A stretch of DNA of 63,856 nt, counting the filler, from Lenisia limosa (lineage: Eukaryota > Protista > Breviatea), in the NCBI GenBank assembly GCA_001655205.1. It is 17 parts of 17 records of this genome, joined end to end, with 100 filler letters (N's around TTAATTAATTAA, not from the genome) between each part and the next. Parts side by side here need not be neighbours in the genome. Positions count along the whole stretch, not along the records: positions 50,706 to 53,851 come from LPNZ01007382.1; positions 53,952 to 55,573 come from LPNZ01008057.1; positions 55,674 to 58,357 come from LPNZ01010596.1; positions 58,458 to 61,838 come from LPNZ01008771.1; positions 61,939 to 63,856 come from LPNZ01008544.1; 12 more parts are not named here. One strand, given 5' to 3'. The notes below the pieces were generated by a model that saw only the letters and a program-made list of their open reading frames with translations, searched no databases and had not been told where the DNA came from. Position 1 is the stretch's first letter. Each line of letters starts with the position of its first letter. This document shows, piece by piece, positions 52,511-63,856 of the stretch. A program made the translations under genes and the position numbers.

Positions 52511-53290
52511 TTGTTTTGTACTAATATCACGTTCATCTCTTACGGCTTTTACTGTTCAGATAAGCGGCAATGTATCTGAAGCGTCTCGGGTGGAAGTCCC
52601 TCTCTTTGAAGTGGGGGGGGGCCTTGTTTTTGAAAGACTTCCGCTTTTCTCTGTTTGTTCTCTTTTAATCTCAGATATTGTCCTGTTTTCCTGGATTAGT
52701 ATACCCATCGTGACCGGGATAAGTCTTGACCGATTTTCCTTGGGAAATTGTTTTGCAAATCGGTCAGGACTATATGTGTATCTAGTACTTTCATTTACCA
52801 ATTTAGGTGGACTTGCAATGTGTTACGTTCAGTTCACGCATGACTCAGAAAATGCAGTACTCTGTTGAAAAGGAAATTCTTGTGGGGAAAGGATATCTGT
52901 ATTGGAATATTTGAAATACACACGGGGTGCTATATCTGACTATTTGAGTCTCATGGGGGATAGGGGGGGGACTCTGTTAGACTGTTCGGAGAGTGAGGCT
53001 GNNNNNNNNNNNNNNNNNNNNNNNNNNNNNNNNNNNNNNNNNNNNNNNNNNNNNNNNNNNNNNNNNNNNNNNNNNNNNNNNNNNNNNNNNNNNNNNAGTT
53101 TGAATTCAGTTTCCTTCAGTATTATCTGTTTGAATACAATTTCCTTCAAGAGCTTAAGTTACTGAATACTATATTGGACTTCCGGGCTGGTTTAATTAAT
53201 AAGGTAGTTATGTGGTTACTTTTCCCTAATCAACTTAAATAATGAGTAAACATTAGATGATCTTATGATTGACGATATTAGGAGGCAGCG

Positions 53291-53770
53291 ATGACGTGGC
53301 AAACCCTCCAGGCTAATCTGCATCTTTCCGTCAGAGTAGTCCGGGCCGCAGACCTCATGGCCGATCCTTTGATCACTTCCTCTCAAATCTCTGTGGGGGG
53401 GGGGGGNNNNNNNNNNNNNNNNNNNNNNNNNNNNNNNNNNNNNNNNNNNNNNNNNNNNNNNNNNNNNNNNNNNNNNNNNNNNNNNNNNNNNNNNNNNNNN
53501 NNNNNNNNNNNNNNNNNNNNNNNNNTTATACACTGACTAAGTCTTGGCCGATTTGCTCCATGTGATTTCCCAAGGAAAATCGGTCAAGACTTATCCCGGT
53601 CACTGTATCTATTCATATATCTGTGTGTGGGGGGCTCCGTCCACCCATGCTCTCCAACTATTGCACCACTTCCACCATTCCTTTCCTCTCCACTACCACC
53701 ATCTTATCCTCCCTCACCCAGGTGTCACAATGGACTGTCGACAATGACGTTCCACAGACCCCTTCAAAGG
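53291..53770 (+). CDS. Possible C2-domain protein fragment
   Basis: LHLSVRVVRAADLMADP resembles C2 strand 1; bounded by a GT-G-run donor at 53393; next exon VSQWTVDNDVPQTPSK. Confidence 0.3.
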
Positions 53771-53810
53771 GTATAGGGGAGAATGTAGTGGGACAATTCT
53801 AATAACTCTA

Positions 53811-53811
<1 letters not shown>

Positions 53812-53842
<31 letters not shown>

Positions 53843-53851
53843 CCATCATCA
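53812..53851. repeat. (CAT)n microsatellite
   Basis: About 13 CAT units running into the gap. Confidence 0.9.
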
Positions 53852-53970
53852 NNNNNNNNNNNNNNNNNNNNNNNNNNNNNNNNNNNNNNNNNNNNTTAAT
53901 TAATTAANNNNNNNNNNNNNNNNNNNNNNNNNNNNNNNNNNNNNNNNNNNNCTTTGTTTTACCCCCTCAG

Positions 53971-55573
53971 ACGGTTCCACGGGAGAGAACAGCATCTATA
54001 CGGCCTGGAGGGACTTCGAGATTATGTTCCATGTGGCCACAATGCTTCCACATCAGCCGAACTGCAAACAGCAGGTTAAGGGGGCGGGGGGTATTGCGTG
54101 AAAGGGTGTTGGTAGTAGCTTCAAATACTGCATTTCTCGATAAATCCTCGAAAACTATCGATATTTCCCGAACCGAAATGAAGCCTTAGTTTCCTCCCAC
54201 CATGGATATCTCCGTCCCCCCCNNNNNNNNNNNNNNNNNNNNNNNNNNNNNNNNNNNNNNNNNNNNNNNNNNNNNNNNNNNNNNNNNNNNNNNNNNNNNN
54301 NNNNNNNNNNNNNNNNNNNNNNNNNNNNNNNNNNNNNNNNNNNNNNNNNNNNNNTGGGCTTTTTTGTTTCATTAAGGTTCTAATATGTGTACCGCGAACC
54401 GATCCTGAATCGGATATGATTGGATTGCGGTTGGGATTCGATCCAACCGACCCAGCCCTAATTTCCTATCCCGATCCGATCCGATCTAGAACATATTCTA
54501 AACCGATCCGGATTCGTAGATCGGTTGAAAAAAGAAAAGCAAATATATTGGGTAAAAAACATAAAAAAAAAGCTTTTGTTTTGGAAGGATAGCTGTTCAA
54601 ATTACTGAATGCGGTGTTTTTGGCTATTAATTAATTTGAATACACAGAGATGATGGTTTATTTAAACAAGTTATTGAACAAAAGTCAAAAGAAATTCTAA
54701 TTGGTTTTTATAACACTCAAAATTAATATAATTTACATTTGAATTTTACTTAAAAAGTAAATACCCCAACCGATCCGATCTGATCCGATCCAGAGCCATA
54801 TCGGATCGGATCGGAATGATGCACTAGTTCTAATTTTACTCCCCCCTACCACAGATTGCTATTCCGCCCCTAAAAAATTCCATTTCTCACACCACAGATT
54901 GAGCGTAAGCGCCACCTTGGCAACGACATCATTGTCATTGCCTTTGTTGACGGGCAAACTACCTATGTTCCAAACTGTATCGCGTCCGAGTTCAACCGTC
55001 AGCGGGTTATTCTCTATGGATACGTTTTTTTTTTCCCATGGAAAATATGGGGTTATTTTCTATGAATATGGGTTATTCTCATTGAATTGAGGTCATTTTC
55101 TCGATATATCCTATAAATATGGGGGGAGGCCCAAAGAAAGCTATTTGCATAGAGAAGGCAAATAATTGGGTGAATTCTATTACTATAATCCAATATCTCA
55201 TATAAGCGTGATGGTGNNNNNNNNNNNNNNNNNNNNNNNNNNNNNNNNNNNNNNNNNNNNNNNNNNNNNNNNNNNNNNNNNNNNNNNNNNNNAAGGTGTG
55301 TTTATCATATGGCATGTTAGCACTTTCAATTGCATTTCCGCATTATTAAACTCGGGACTTACCTTTTTAGAAGTCAACTGTGTTGTGCAAGTCGATCTCG
55401 AGGCTACGGAGTCTTCTGGTGTCACGCATTACATGTTGGGGATTTGGGCTGTTTTGTGTTTTGTGTTACTGGGCTTTGCTTTTTCGTGAATTTTTTATTT
55501 TCACCCTCCCCCAGAGTTGAATTTGCCTACAAGGATGGCACCCCAAAGTCTACCCCCCAACTGCCGTCTTCCG
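53971..55573 (+). CDS. Rap/Ran-GAP domain protein fragment
   Basis: [33 protein letters not shown] / [16 protein letters not shown]...IASEFN are canonical RapGAP motifs. Confidence 0.93.
54385..54826. mobile_element. Non-autonomous hAT-like element (442 bp) with ATCCG/CGGAT subterminal repeats
   Basis: Perfect 8-bp direct repeat GTTCTAAT at 54377-54384 and 54827-54834; many CCGAT/ATCGG pentamers near both ends; TIRs degenerate. Confidence 0.65.
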
Positions 55574-55759
55574 NNNNNNNNNNNNNNNNNNNNNNNNNNN
55601 NNNNNNNNNNNNNNNNNTTAATTAATTAANNNNNNNNNNNNNNNNNNNNNNNNNNNNNNNNNNNNNNNNNNNNGGGGGGGGGGGGGATAAAGAAATTCAA
55701 TGAAGAATAATGGATTTAAACATTGTTTTTTCAAGTAAAGTCATTTTCCCCTCACCCCA

Positions 55760-57250
55760 GCCTGCTGAAGAAATTCTACAAGATATCCGAGCCAAGTGTC
55801 GAAATGAGCCCGAACTGAGTGGGTGCCTTTTGAATAGTGTTTGACTTGTTCCTGTTATTATTTTTTCTAAATATTTCTGGACTGATTACATTTCTTATTG
55901 CTGTTGTATTTGCTGTTCTTTTGTTATTCTTATTGCTGTTTTTGGTAGTGGCGCTGATGGTGTTGTTGGTGATGGTTATTTTGTTGTTTTTGTTCCCATT
56001 TGTATACCATATTAGCAAGCTCCTTTTTCTGAATATTCTATCTTAGTGAAGACTTACCATATTAGGCAAGTTCCTCCGTTTCCTTTCTGAGGATGTGGAG
56101 TTTATTGGCTNNNNNNNNNNNNNNNNNNNNNNNNNNNNNNNNNNNNNNNNNNNNNNNNNNNNNNNNNNNNNNNNNNNNNNNNNNNNNNNNNNNNNNNNNN
56201 NNNNNNNNNNNNNNNNNNNNNNNNNNNNNNNNNNNNNNNNNNNNNNNNNNNNNNNNNNNNGTCTTGACCGATTTAATATGATATCCCAAGGAAAATCGGT
56301 CAAGACTTATCCCGGTCACTGTACATACAGATGTAGTAATTTGTTGTGATATTATATTCCCTCACCCCCCTCAGGCTACAATCCCGGCGGCGTGGAGACA
56401 ATGGACGTTTGGAGCGCCATACTGAAGGTGGTGAGACAAGACGTTGACGCCATGCGGATTGCGCACTCGCGCGCTGGCAAAATGCTGGATCAGTGGGGGG
56501 GGGGGNNNNNNNNNNNNNNNNNNNNNNNNNNNNNNNNNNNNNNNNNNNNNNNNNNNNNNNNNNNNNNNNNNNNNNNNNNNNNNNNNNNNNNNNNNNNNNN
56601 NNNNNNNNNNNNNNNNNNNNNNNTTCCAATTCTACTCCCCCTTAAATCAATCAACCATAAAATCTTCTACTCTCCCCTTCATACCAATAATACGTCTAAC
56701 CCCCCAGACTCAACAACGTGAAGGAGGTAATTGACGGCGACATGCGCGTTCTTCTGCAGCAGCTTTCTGACTACAAGGTATAATGTTTTTTGTATTCATC
56801 ATATTATGTCTGATTGCGTCGTTTTTATGTTTCTCTTCTTATGTCTGACAGAGTTGTAAGACAAATGATTGGGTTAATTAATATTATTATACTATAATTC
56901 AATATCTCTGAATGGTGTGGACAGATACCACCTTGTTTTTTTATTTCACATTGCTTTTCAGATTGTATGTCTTTTGGGTCGGTTTTGTTTCTCATCTTAA
57001 CGTACGTATACTTACTTACCTCTCGATGCCTTATTCTCATTTCCATGGCTGAAACGTCACCCTCCAGGAGTATCTCAGTAACTGCCTGAAGGCATCGCAG
57101 CATGCTGAGCAGAATCAAGGCAAAAGAAGAAAGGTGGGGGGGGGNNNNNNNNNNNNNNNNNNNNNNNNNNNNNNNNNNNNNNNNNNNNNNNNNNNNNNNN
57201 NNNNNNNNNNNNNNNNNNNNNNNNNAACCTTTGCAGAAGAAAGACCGAAA
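55760..57250 (+). CDS. Protein fragment, possibly RasGAP/IQGAP C-terminal region
   Basis: Exons PAEEILQDIRAKCRNEPEL, DVWSAILKVVRQDVDAMRIAHSRAGKMLDQ, LNNVKEVIDGDMRVLLQQLSDYK / EYLSNCLKASQHAEQNQGKRRK. 'L.EQL..Y..YL.N' recalls RasGAP_C; the family call is weak. Confidence 0.45.
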
Positions 57251-57693
57251 GTGATTTTGATAGTTTTAGTAGGTTTATGTATCCATTTATTTGTATCGTT
57301 GAGTTGAACAATTTACTTTTGTTGTGTTTCCAAAAGGGTTTTATCCTGTTCGAGTTTATGTTGTGTGGATTCCCTTTTCTGTCACAAAAACAAAAGAGAT
57401 GTTTTGTGGTGAAAGAAGCGATATTTCCTTAGGGGGCCAAGGCTCTTAGCCCAGATTTTCAATCCGAGAAGCAATGAGTTCATAAGGAAGAGAAGTAGAC
57501 AGATTAATAATTAGGGAATATATTCCAAGAATTGCTAAAAACTTTGTCAAGAAAGAAAGGAGTAATAATTCTAGTTGACAAGCACAGAGGAAGAACTTGT
57601 CATAAATAGAGGTCGTTTGAATCCTTCCCAGAAGCTAAATGAAAACAGTTTATCAAAAGAAGAGAAGCACAAAGAGAAGAATAAATGGGGGAC

Positions 57694-58096
57694 CTAGGCC
57701 TTGTAAGTTCCGGCAGTTGTGTTGCCTCCACGACCAGTCCAATTGCAGTGGAAGAACTCTCCACGAGGCTGGGGGGAGTAAAATGAGGCAATTTATGTCA
57801 GCATACAAGTGTTGCAAACAACAAAACAAAGACCAGTCCAGTTGTTTCTGACTATAATCAATAATTACCAAGTACAATGCGATCAAAATATGTAGAGATG
57901 AGAAAGAAAAAAGGTGCTATCTGGGAAGCCGTCAACATCAGAGCCCTCCCTCTCCTTAGCCCCTCTCTTTAACTCTTTCACACTTAAACCTATTAACCCC
58001 TCAAAAAATCATCCTTACTTTGTCTACGCGCTCGAAGGTGTGGGCACCGAAGAAGTCCCTCTGGGCCTGGAGGAGGTTGGCTGGGAGACGGGCACA
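57694..58096 (-). CDS. PGD: 6-phosphogluconate dehydrogenase (decarboxylating), last two exons
   Basis: 58019-58096 [26 protein letters not shown] and 57694-57768 [24 protein letters not shown], both phase 0 with GT-AG. Confidence 0.95.
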
Positions 58097-58135
58097 CTAC
58101 GGGGTTAAGAAGAGTTACGAAATACATGTATCTAG

Positions 58136-58272
58136 CAATGAAAAATAAAAAACAAGGTTGTATCTGGTCGAAGCCGTCCACACCATCACGCTTCTAAGAG
58201 ATAATGGATTATAGTATAATAGTAATTCACCCAATCATTTGCCATACAACTCTGTGCACACAGCTTTCTGCG
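58136..58272 (-). repeat. Dispersed repeat family A (~140 nt; representative copy)
   Basis: Consensus (minus strand here) GCACAGAGTTGTAAGGCAAATGATTGGGTGAATT..ATAATCCAATATCTCTTATAAGCGTGATGGTGTGGACGGCTTCGGCCAGATACAACCTTATT..ATTGCTA. Other copies at ~2485-2600 (two), 7432-7475, 8885-9002, 12113-12195, 35193-35330, 52203-52245, 55155-55216 and 56848-56950. Confidence 0.88.
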
Positions 58273-58482
58273 TGCCTCAAGAGTTAGACAAGGTATTGAT
58301 GGGTTAAGAGAAAATATACATAGAATTTGAATGATTGGTAAGAAGAGCCATAAAAGANNNNNNNNNNNNNNNNNNNNNNNNNNNNNNNNNNNNNNNNNNN
58401 NTTAATTAATTAANNNNNNNNNNNNNNNNNNNNNNNNNNNNNNNNNNNNNNNNNNNNTAATTACACCGACAGCGGGCCCGAC

Positions 58483-59400
58483 ATGGAAGAGTCAGACGAC
58501 AGTGAAGAAGCCTCCGCTTCCCACCCTTCTAATCACCCGTCCTCCCTCTCCCCACCTCCTCGCACCCGACAGTCCGCCAGGGCCGCCCAAAAAACCTGGA
58601 TCAACACTGACAGCGAGTCCGACAGGGATAATTCCTCTGGTAGTGACTCTGAGGTGGTCGCTACCATAGGCAAATGCCAAAGTGACAACAGTAATAAGTT
58701 ACAGCTAGATGAGACATACTATCGAACCGACGAAGTGGAACCTGATGACGACGAATATGTTAAGTTCATTGGTAGAGAACAAATTTCTGCCGTGGTCCCT
58801 CCCCCATCCGCCTATTCTTGTGAGTGGTGCAAATTTACCCTTTTTCTCGGTGGGTCAGTGAATCATTGTTTTAGCAAGTCCGAGGACTTTAAGATGGTGA
58901 CCAGTGGAACGCCGGTTGGGTTTTTCCTTTGGGATGTGCGTCCATGTCGCTGTCGCAGAGTTCTAACCGTTGTAGCGACGATGTTCAAGGTTGTCGCCGG
59001 AGTGGGTGACACCCTCCAGCCCTACGAGTTTGTTCGGGACGTCTTTCGGGACTACCAGTTCAAGATCGGGCCGGGCAACGCCGTCTACCATTGTCCTGAG
59101 GGACGGCCGCCTGTTAAGGTCCTCACCGGTCGCAGCACCTCGGTCACCTCAGAGAATCTCCATCCGCAGTGGCGGTGCCTGCCTGGCATCGACCCGGAGG
59201 TTCAGGCCATTCTAAAACGCGTAAGCCGGCGGGGCTGCTTTGATGCATATTGGACGACTCTGCCTGTTAGTGCCCTCGCCTGCCTGCCGTCGTCCTGCCT
59301 TGGCCTTTGGTTGAGCAAGCTTGCGGCGATGGATGGCCAAACGAGGGTGGTGTTTGGTTGGTTTGCTCTTGTATACGGGATGCCATTGCGACAACAGTAG
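58483..59400 (+). CDS. Unknown ORF (305 aa), acidic low-complexity N-terminus, GC-rich C-terminal half
   Basis: Longest uninterrupted ORF in the window; may hide in-frame introns; no motif recognised. Confidence 0.5.
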   Translation: MEESDDSEEASASHPSNHPSSLSPPPRTRQSARAAQKTWINTDSESDRDNSSGSDSEVVATIGKCQSDNSNKLQLDETYYRTDEVEPDDDEYVKFIGREQISAVVPPPSAYSCEWCKFTLFLGGSVNHCFSKSEDFKMVTSGTPVGFFLWDVRPCRCRRVLTVVATMFKVVAGVGDTLQPYEFVRDVFRDYQFKIGPGNAVYHCPEGRPPVKVLTGRSTSVTSENLHPQWRCLPGIDPEVQAILKRVSRRGCFDAYWTTLPVSALACLPSSCLGLWLSKLAAMDGQTRVVFGWFALVYGMPLRQQ

Positions 59401-60087
59401 ATGAAGATGTTGGCAAAAGTAGANNNNNNNNNNTGCTCTTGTATACGGGATGCCATTGCGACAACAGTAGATGAAGATGTTGGCAAAAGTAGAGTTTTCA
59501 AAAAAAATACACATAGTATTTCAGAAAAATCACAGAAAGATGGACGATGTAAACATACGTAGAGAGGAGAAATTATAAAACGGGGGTCAGATCCTCCTTG
59601 AATCTTATCAGATCCTCCCTGACAAGTATACAGCCGAAAATATAATTGTTTCAAACGATTTTTATCATTGTTACATACAACCAAATCAAAATTCACACAT
59701 TTGCAAATAGAAATATATAATTGAAGAGTAATTATATAGGGTCAAAAAAAAAAAAAAAAAAAAAAAAANNNNNNNNNNNNNNNNNNNNNNNNNNNNNNNN
59801 NNNNNNNNNNNNNNNNNNNNNNNNNNNNNNNNNNNNNNNNNNNNNNNNNNNNNNNNNNNNNNNNNNNNNNNNNNNNNNNNNNNNNNNNNNNNNNNNNNNN
59901 NNNNNNNNNNNNNNNNNNNNNNNNNNNNNNNNNNNNNNNNNNNNNNNNNNNNNNNNNNNNNNNNNNNNNNNNNNNNNNNNNNNNNNNNNNNNNNNNNNNN
60001 NNNNNNNNNNNNNNNNNNNNNNNNNNNNNNNNNNNNNNNNNNNNNNNNNNNNNNNNAGAACCATCATTCACACGTATGAAAATAGAG

Positions 60088-60262
60088 AGGATCCTATCGG
60101 ATCCTCCCTGAATCCAATCCAAAAAATAAATTGATATACTCCAAGGATCCGATAGGATCCTCCCTGAATCCTATCCACATATCCTAACCGAATCCTCGCA
60201 GGATCCAATCCAAAAATACTCCAAGGATCCTACCGAATCCTCCCTGAATCCTATCAAATCCT
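60088..60262. repeat. GGATCC-rich repeat cluster (GGATCCTATCGGATCCTCCCTGAATCC, ~4 copies)
   Basis: Related units also at 59585-59620 on the other side of the gap. Confidence 0.7.
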
Positions 60263-60792
60263 TTTGTATCATCCTTGAATCCTATCAAATCCTTTTGTAT
60301 CATCCTTGAATCAATTCAAATCCTATCAACACTACCTCCCGAAAACCACGAGACCGATACCCATATCTTGAGTTACTTANNNNNNNNNNGTCCTTTTGTA
60401 TCATCCTTGAATCAATTCAAATCCTATCAACACAACCTCCCGAAAACCACGAGACCGATACCCATATCTTGAGTTACTTAAATGGCAACATACAAAGCAC
60501 CCCCCCCCTCAAACTGTGCTGAAGTTTGCCGGATGATTCGGTGAGTCTGCCTCACATCAGTCATGTCCACCTTCTGGATGTGTTATTAAACAAACAAACA
60601 ACAAAAAAAAAAAAAACAAGGGGAGGCAATTAAAAACAATCCACGATCATTCATATCCTCCTTGTACACTATAACAATCACTTCATATCCTCCTTGAATT
60701 CAATCACTATAGAAATGCGTATCCGCAACAAAATATATAATCTTTGTCCCCATTTGCAGAGCCATACCAGTGTCGTGCGTGCATCAGGAAGA

Positions 60793-61068
60793 GGTTAGTG
60801 AAAGGGAAGAGGCGGCAGTTTTGGTCATTCACTGCTCATAAAATACAACTAGATCTCTAAAAAAAGTAAGAACGAGAGGAGTACAACCTGCCTTTAGAGA
60901 TCTTCCAACAGTTTATGGCAAACTCAGGGTTAGTGACAGGGATGAGGCGACCAGGCAGTTTTCGTCATTCACTGATCATTAAATACTACAAGATCACAAA
61001 AAATAAGTAAGAAGGAGAGGAGTACTACCTGTCTTTAGAGATCTTCAAAAAGTTTATCGCAATCTCAG
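60793..61068. repeat. Tandem duplication, 135 + 141 bp
   Basis: 60793-60927 and 60928-61068 align end to end (GGTTAGTGA...CTTTAGAGATCTTC...CTCAG) with scattered substitutions and a 5-nt indel. Confidence 0.85.
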
Positions 61069-61938
61069 GACCACCGTTTGGCCTCTAAATAGCTTTGAAC
61101 TGCTGGTGGTTTGAAAGGAGGCCTTGGAAGGCCCTGGAAAGGTCAGTTTAACATTCCCAGAATCAAGCAGCTAGAAGTATAACCCAACCGTGTTCTATTC
61201 AGTCAGCAAGCAATAGAATAATTAATTTTAAAAACTCTAACAGTCAATTCTCACGATAAAATTAACAAAGAAAACAAAAGACAAAAGACAAACAAAGAAA
61301 GATCGGGTCAGCTCGCCACGGGGTGGTGCCCTAAGGGTAAAATACTATACAATTATGGTCTCGTACAGAATTTTATCGTTTACGGTTTCAAAGTCTCTAT
61401 CATCGGTTTTAGTTAGTCAGTGTATTTATTATTGTAAATTCGGTAAGCGGTAGGCAATTCACCATCACAGTCTCGAGATCAACGCACTTTGGTTCACCCC
61501 CTCAAGAGTTCCGTTCTATTCCGGTATAAAAACACTTTAGTTTGCTTTAAAAACTCTTGTAAGCGGCGTCAGACCTTCATATTTATGGGACTCTTTCAGG
61601 AATCTTGTCCTCCTCAATTCTTCTCTCTCCAGACTGCCCGTTTTCATGTACATCTTACCATTACAAATGCAAATAGGGCCCATATAAAACGCATTCACCG
61701 GATACTTCTTTTTGCGTGCCTTTTCACCACAATTCAAGTTCATACTACTACTGTTTTGCTAGTATTACCTTTACATATTACCTCCCACCTATCGCGTCAT
61801 TATGTGTAGTTTCCTCGTAGCACTACCGGCTACGCGGTNNNNNNNNNNNNNNNNNNNNNNNNNNNNNNNNNNNNNNNNNNNNTTAATTAATTAANNNNNN
61901 NNNNNNNNNNNNNNNNNNNNNNNNNNNNNNNNNNNNNN

Positions 61939-63400
61939 GGTGCCCCCCGCTAACATGCCGTCGCCACCCCAGGTTTGGGTTTTATATTGTTTTTTTTTTG
62001 CGGTAAAGTCTCTATTGGACTTGGATCATAGATATCTACCGGTTGACTGTACACAAAGAATTTATATTTGTATGATAAGCTGCCCCGCTTTATTTTGATT
62101 TGTTATCTTGTAAAAAATGTCATAATGGAGGAGCGGGAGGCCCATATGGTCATCCTACTCAATTACGTGAAACTCCTTTTGGAGGTTAGTAAAGTAGAAG
62201 GAAAATCTCGCTGAAGTAAAGATACGGCTTTTTACTTTTCGTTAGGATAATATCATATATAATACCATAACATATATTAAACCGCTTCCGGCCAACATGC
62301 CTTCGACACCCCAGGTTTTTAACTGTTATGAAAGCATATTTATAATTACTCCCCCCAGGTTTGTGTTTTTTTAATTATATTAGTGAAAAATATAGCAAGC
62401 CTTACCCCTCCCCCCTCAGATGCGCAATATGCCGACCCATCCCGGGTACCCCNNNNNNNNNNNNNNNNNNNNNNNNNNNNNNNNNNNNNNNNNNNNNNNN
62501 NNNNNNNNNNNNNNNNNNNNNNNNNNNNNNNNNNNNNNNGTAGGAAGGGGGGTAAACTAATTATCGGTATTAATTTCATAAATTTCCTTCATTTTACTAT
62601 TGCTATTGATACTTTGTGTTTTCTCAGATTTTTGTCTCTCTTTTGTCTATTAATACAAAAACAGAATGTAATCCCCCAGGCCTCACACCCTTAATCTACA
62701 CTCCAGGTTATTATTTATTTTTCAAATTTTCCATATTCCACTGCAGAAGCGACTGGTCTGGGCTTTGNNNNNNNNNNNNNNNNNNNNNNNNNNNNNNNNN
62801 NNNNNNNNNNNNNNNNNNNNNNNNNNNNNNNNNNNNNNNNNNNNNNNNNNNNNNNNNNNNNTTCATATATTTTCAATTCTCTCTCTCTTTCTTATTTTTT
62901 TAGTGTTATTGCTGACGCTGCGAAGGGCCTTCCAAGAACCAACTCCTTCGGAACCCCCCCTCCCACCAGGTATGCGGATATTTAGGATATCTTTTTTTTT
63001 GCAGTAAATTCTCTATTGAAACTAGGGTCATTGAGATCCGGCAGTTGACTGTACACAAAGAAAGGATATCGTGATACGTTGTTAAGAACCGCCAGTCCCT
63101 TATATCATGTGTTTGTTATTGCTTGTTTTTTGTGTGTTTGGAGTTTCAGAACCCTTTAAGTACCTTGACGCCAATTTTCTTCATCGAAATTTCCTTCATT
63201 TGGCCTGAGATGCGGTGCTGAAGAGTCATATCAATTTAATTTGCTAATCATATATATAACCTCCCAGTGATCTGTTTGGCTGTCCCTCACCCAATCCCAA
63301 CTCCTTTGCCAAGGCCGTAGCCAGCCGAAGGTCTGACCGAGTCGAGTTGAGCCGCTATGAGCTTGCAGACTCGCCCGAGAAGATTACGCCACCGCAGGTC
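61939..63400 (+). CDS. Proline-rich protein fragment with repeated short exons
   Basis: Exons ending PANMPSPPQ|GT and PANMPSTPQ|GT; later AVASRRSDRVELSRYELADSPEKITPPQ|GT. Confidence 0.4.
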
Positions 63401-63856
63401 TGGATGGGGGATTTTTGCATCCCTTTTGGATCTTTCCCGGTAATGACAGAGTCTGGGTTGNNNNNNNNNNNNNNNNNNNNNNNNNNNNNNNNNNNNNNNN
63501 NNNNNNNNNNNNNNNNNNNNNNNNNNNNNNNNNNNNNNNNNNNNNNNNNNNNNNNNNNNNNNNNNNNNNNNNNNNNTACCATAATATGTTGCTACATGTA
63601 GTATTGTATATCATATCATACGTATAATAGTTTACTCTAACATAGAGTGAATGTGAGAAGTCTTGACCGATTTGCTATGTGATTTCCGAAGGAAATTGGT
63701 CAAGACTTATCCCGGTCACTGTATATGTGGCTGGTAGTTTACTCAGAATACATACCATATACAGAGGCTGATGTTGCCATATCTTCCATATAATTACCAT
63801 ATACGGCAGTTTACTCTACCATTAATTACCATATAGAGTTGTTTACTCAGAACACA

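Noticed and set aside
57005-57025. TACTTACCT resembling the U1 snRNA 5' end or a minus-strand donor
   Set aside because: No U1 stem-loops or Sm site follow, and the plus-strand exon chain with G-run donors explains the region.
59370-60480. Exact direct repeats at ~59370-59420/59434-59484 and ~60285-60378/60391-60478
   Set aside because: Each pair straddles a 10-N gap, typical of unmerged contig overlaps.

Overview
This is intron-rich genomic DNA from a unicellular eukaryote. It is not one locus: 17 scaffolds are joined by an artificial linker (44 N + TTAATTAATTAA + 44 N), so gene adjacency across linkers means nothing. The provided ORF track is mostly uninformative because the genes are split into many small exons, so I rebuilt exon chains by eye. 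Recognisable genes are an FAD-linked D-lactate dehydrogenase, a Spc24-like kinetochore protein, a secreted permuted NlpC/P60-like protein, OLA1/YchF, an MFS sugar porter, an EGF-containing type I membrane protein, a class III nucleotidyl cyclase, an STE20-family kinase, a HECT E3 ligase, cysteinyl-tRNA synthetase, GPAT3/4, TGS1, a secreted bacterial-type BMP solute-binding-domain protein, a Rap-GAP and 6-phosphogluconate dehydrogenase. There are also Tc1 and pogo transposase remnants. I saw no rRNA, tRNA or CRISPR. The most unusual signals are in the introns: (i) a ~150-nt dispersed repeat (family C) found only in the sense orientation of host genes and usually ending just before an acceptor; (ii) a second orientation-biased repeat without terminal inverted repeats (family A); (iii) G-run donors and C-run acceptors with very degenerate 5' splice sites and 27-30 nt introns; (iv) tandem duplications of acceptor junctions; (v) Tc1-type and hAT-type MITEs with readable TIRs/TSDs, one nested in family C. 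Exon boundaries are manual inferences without transcript support.
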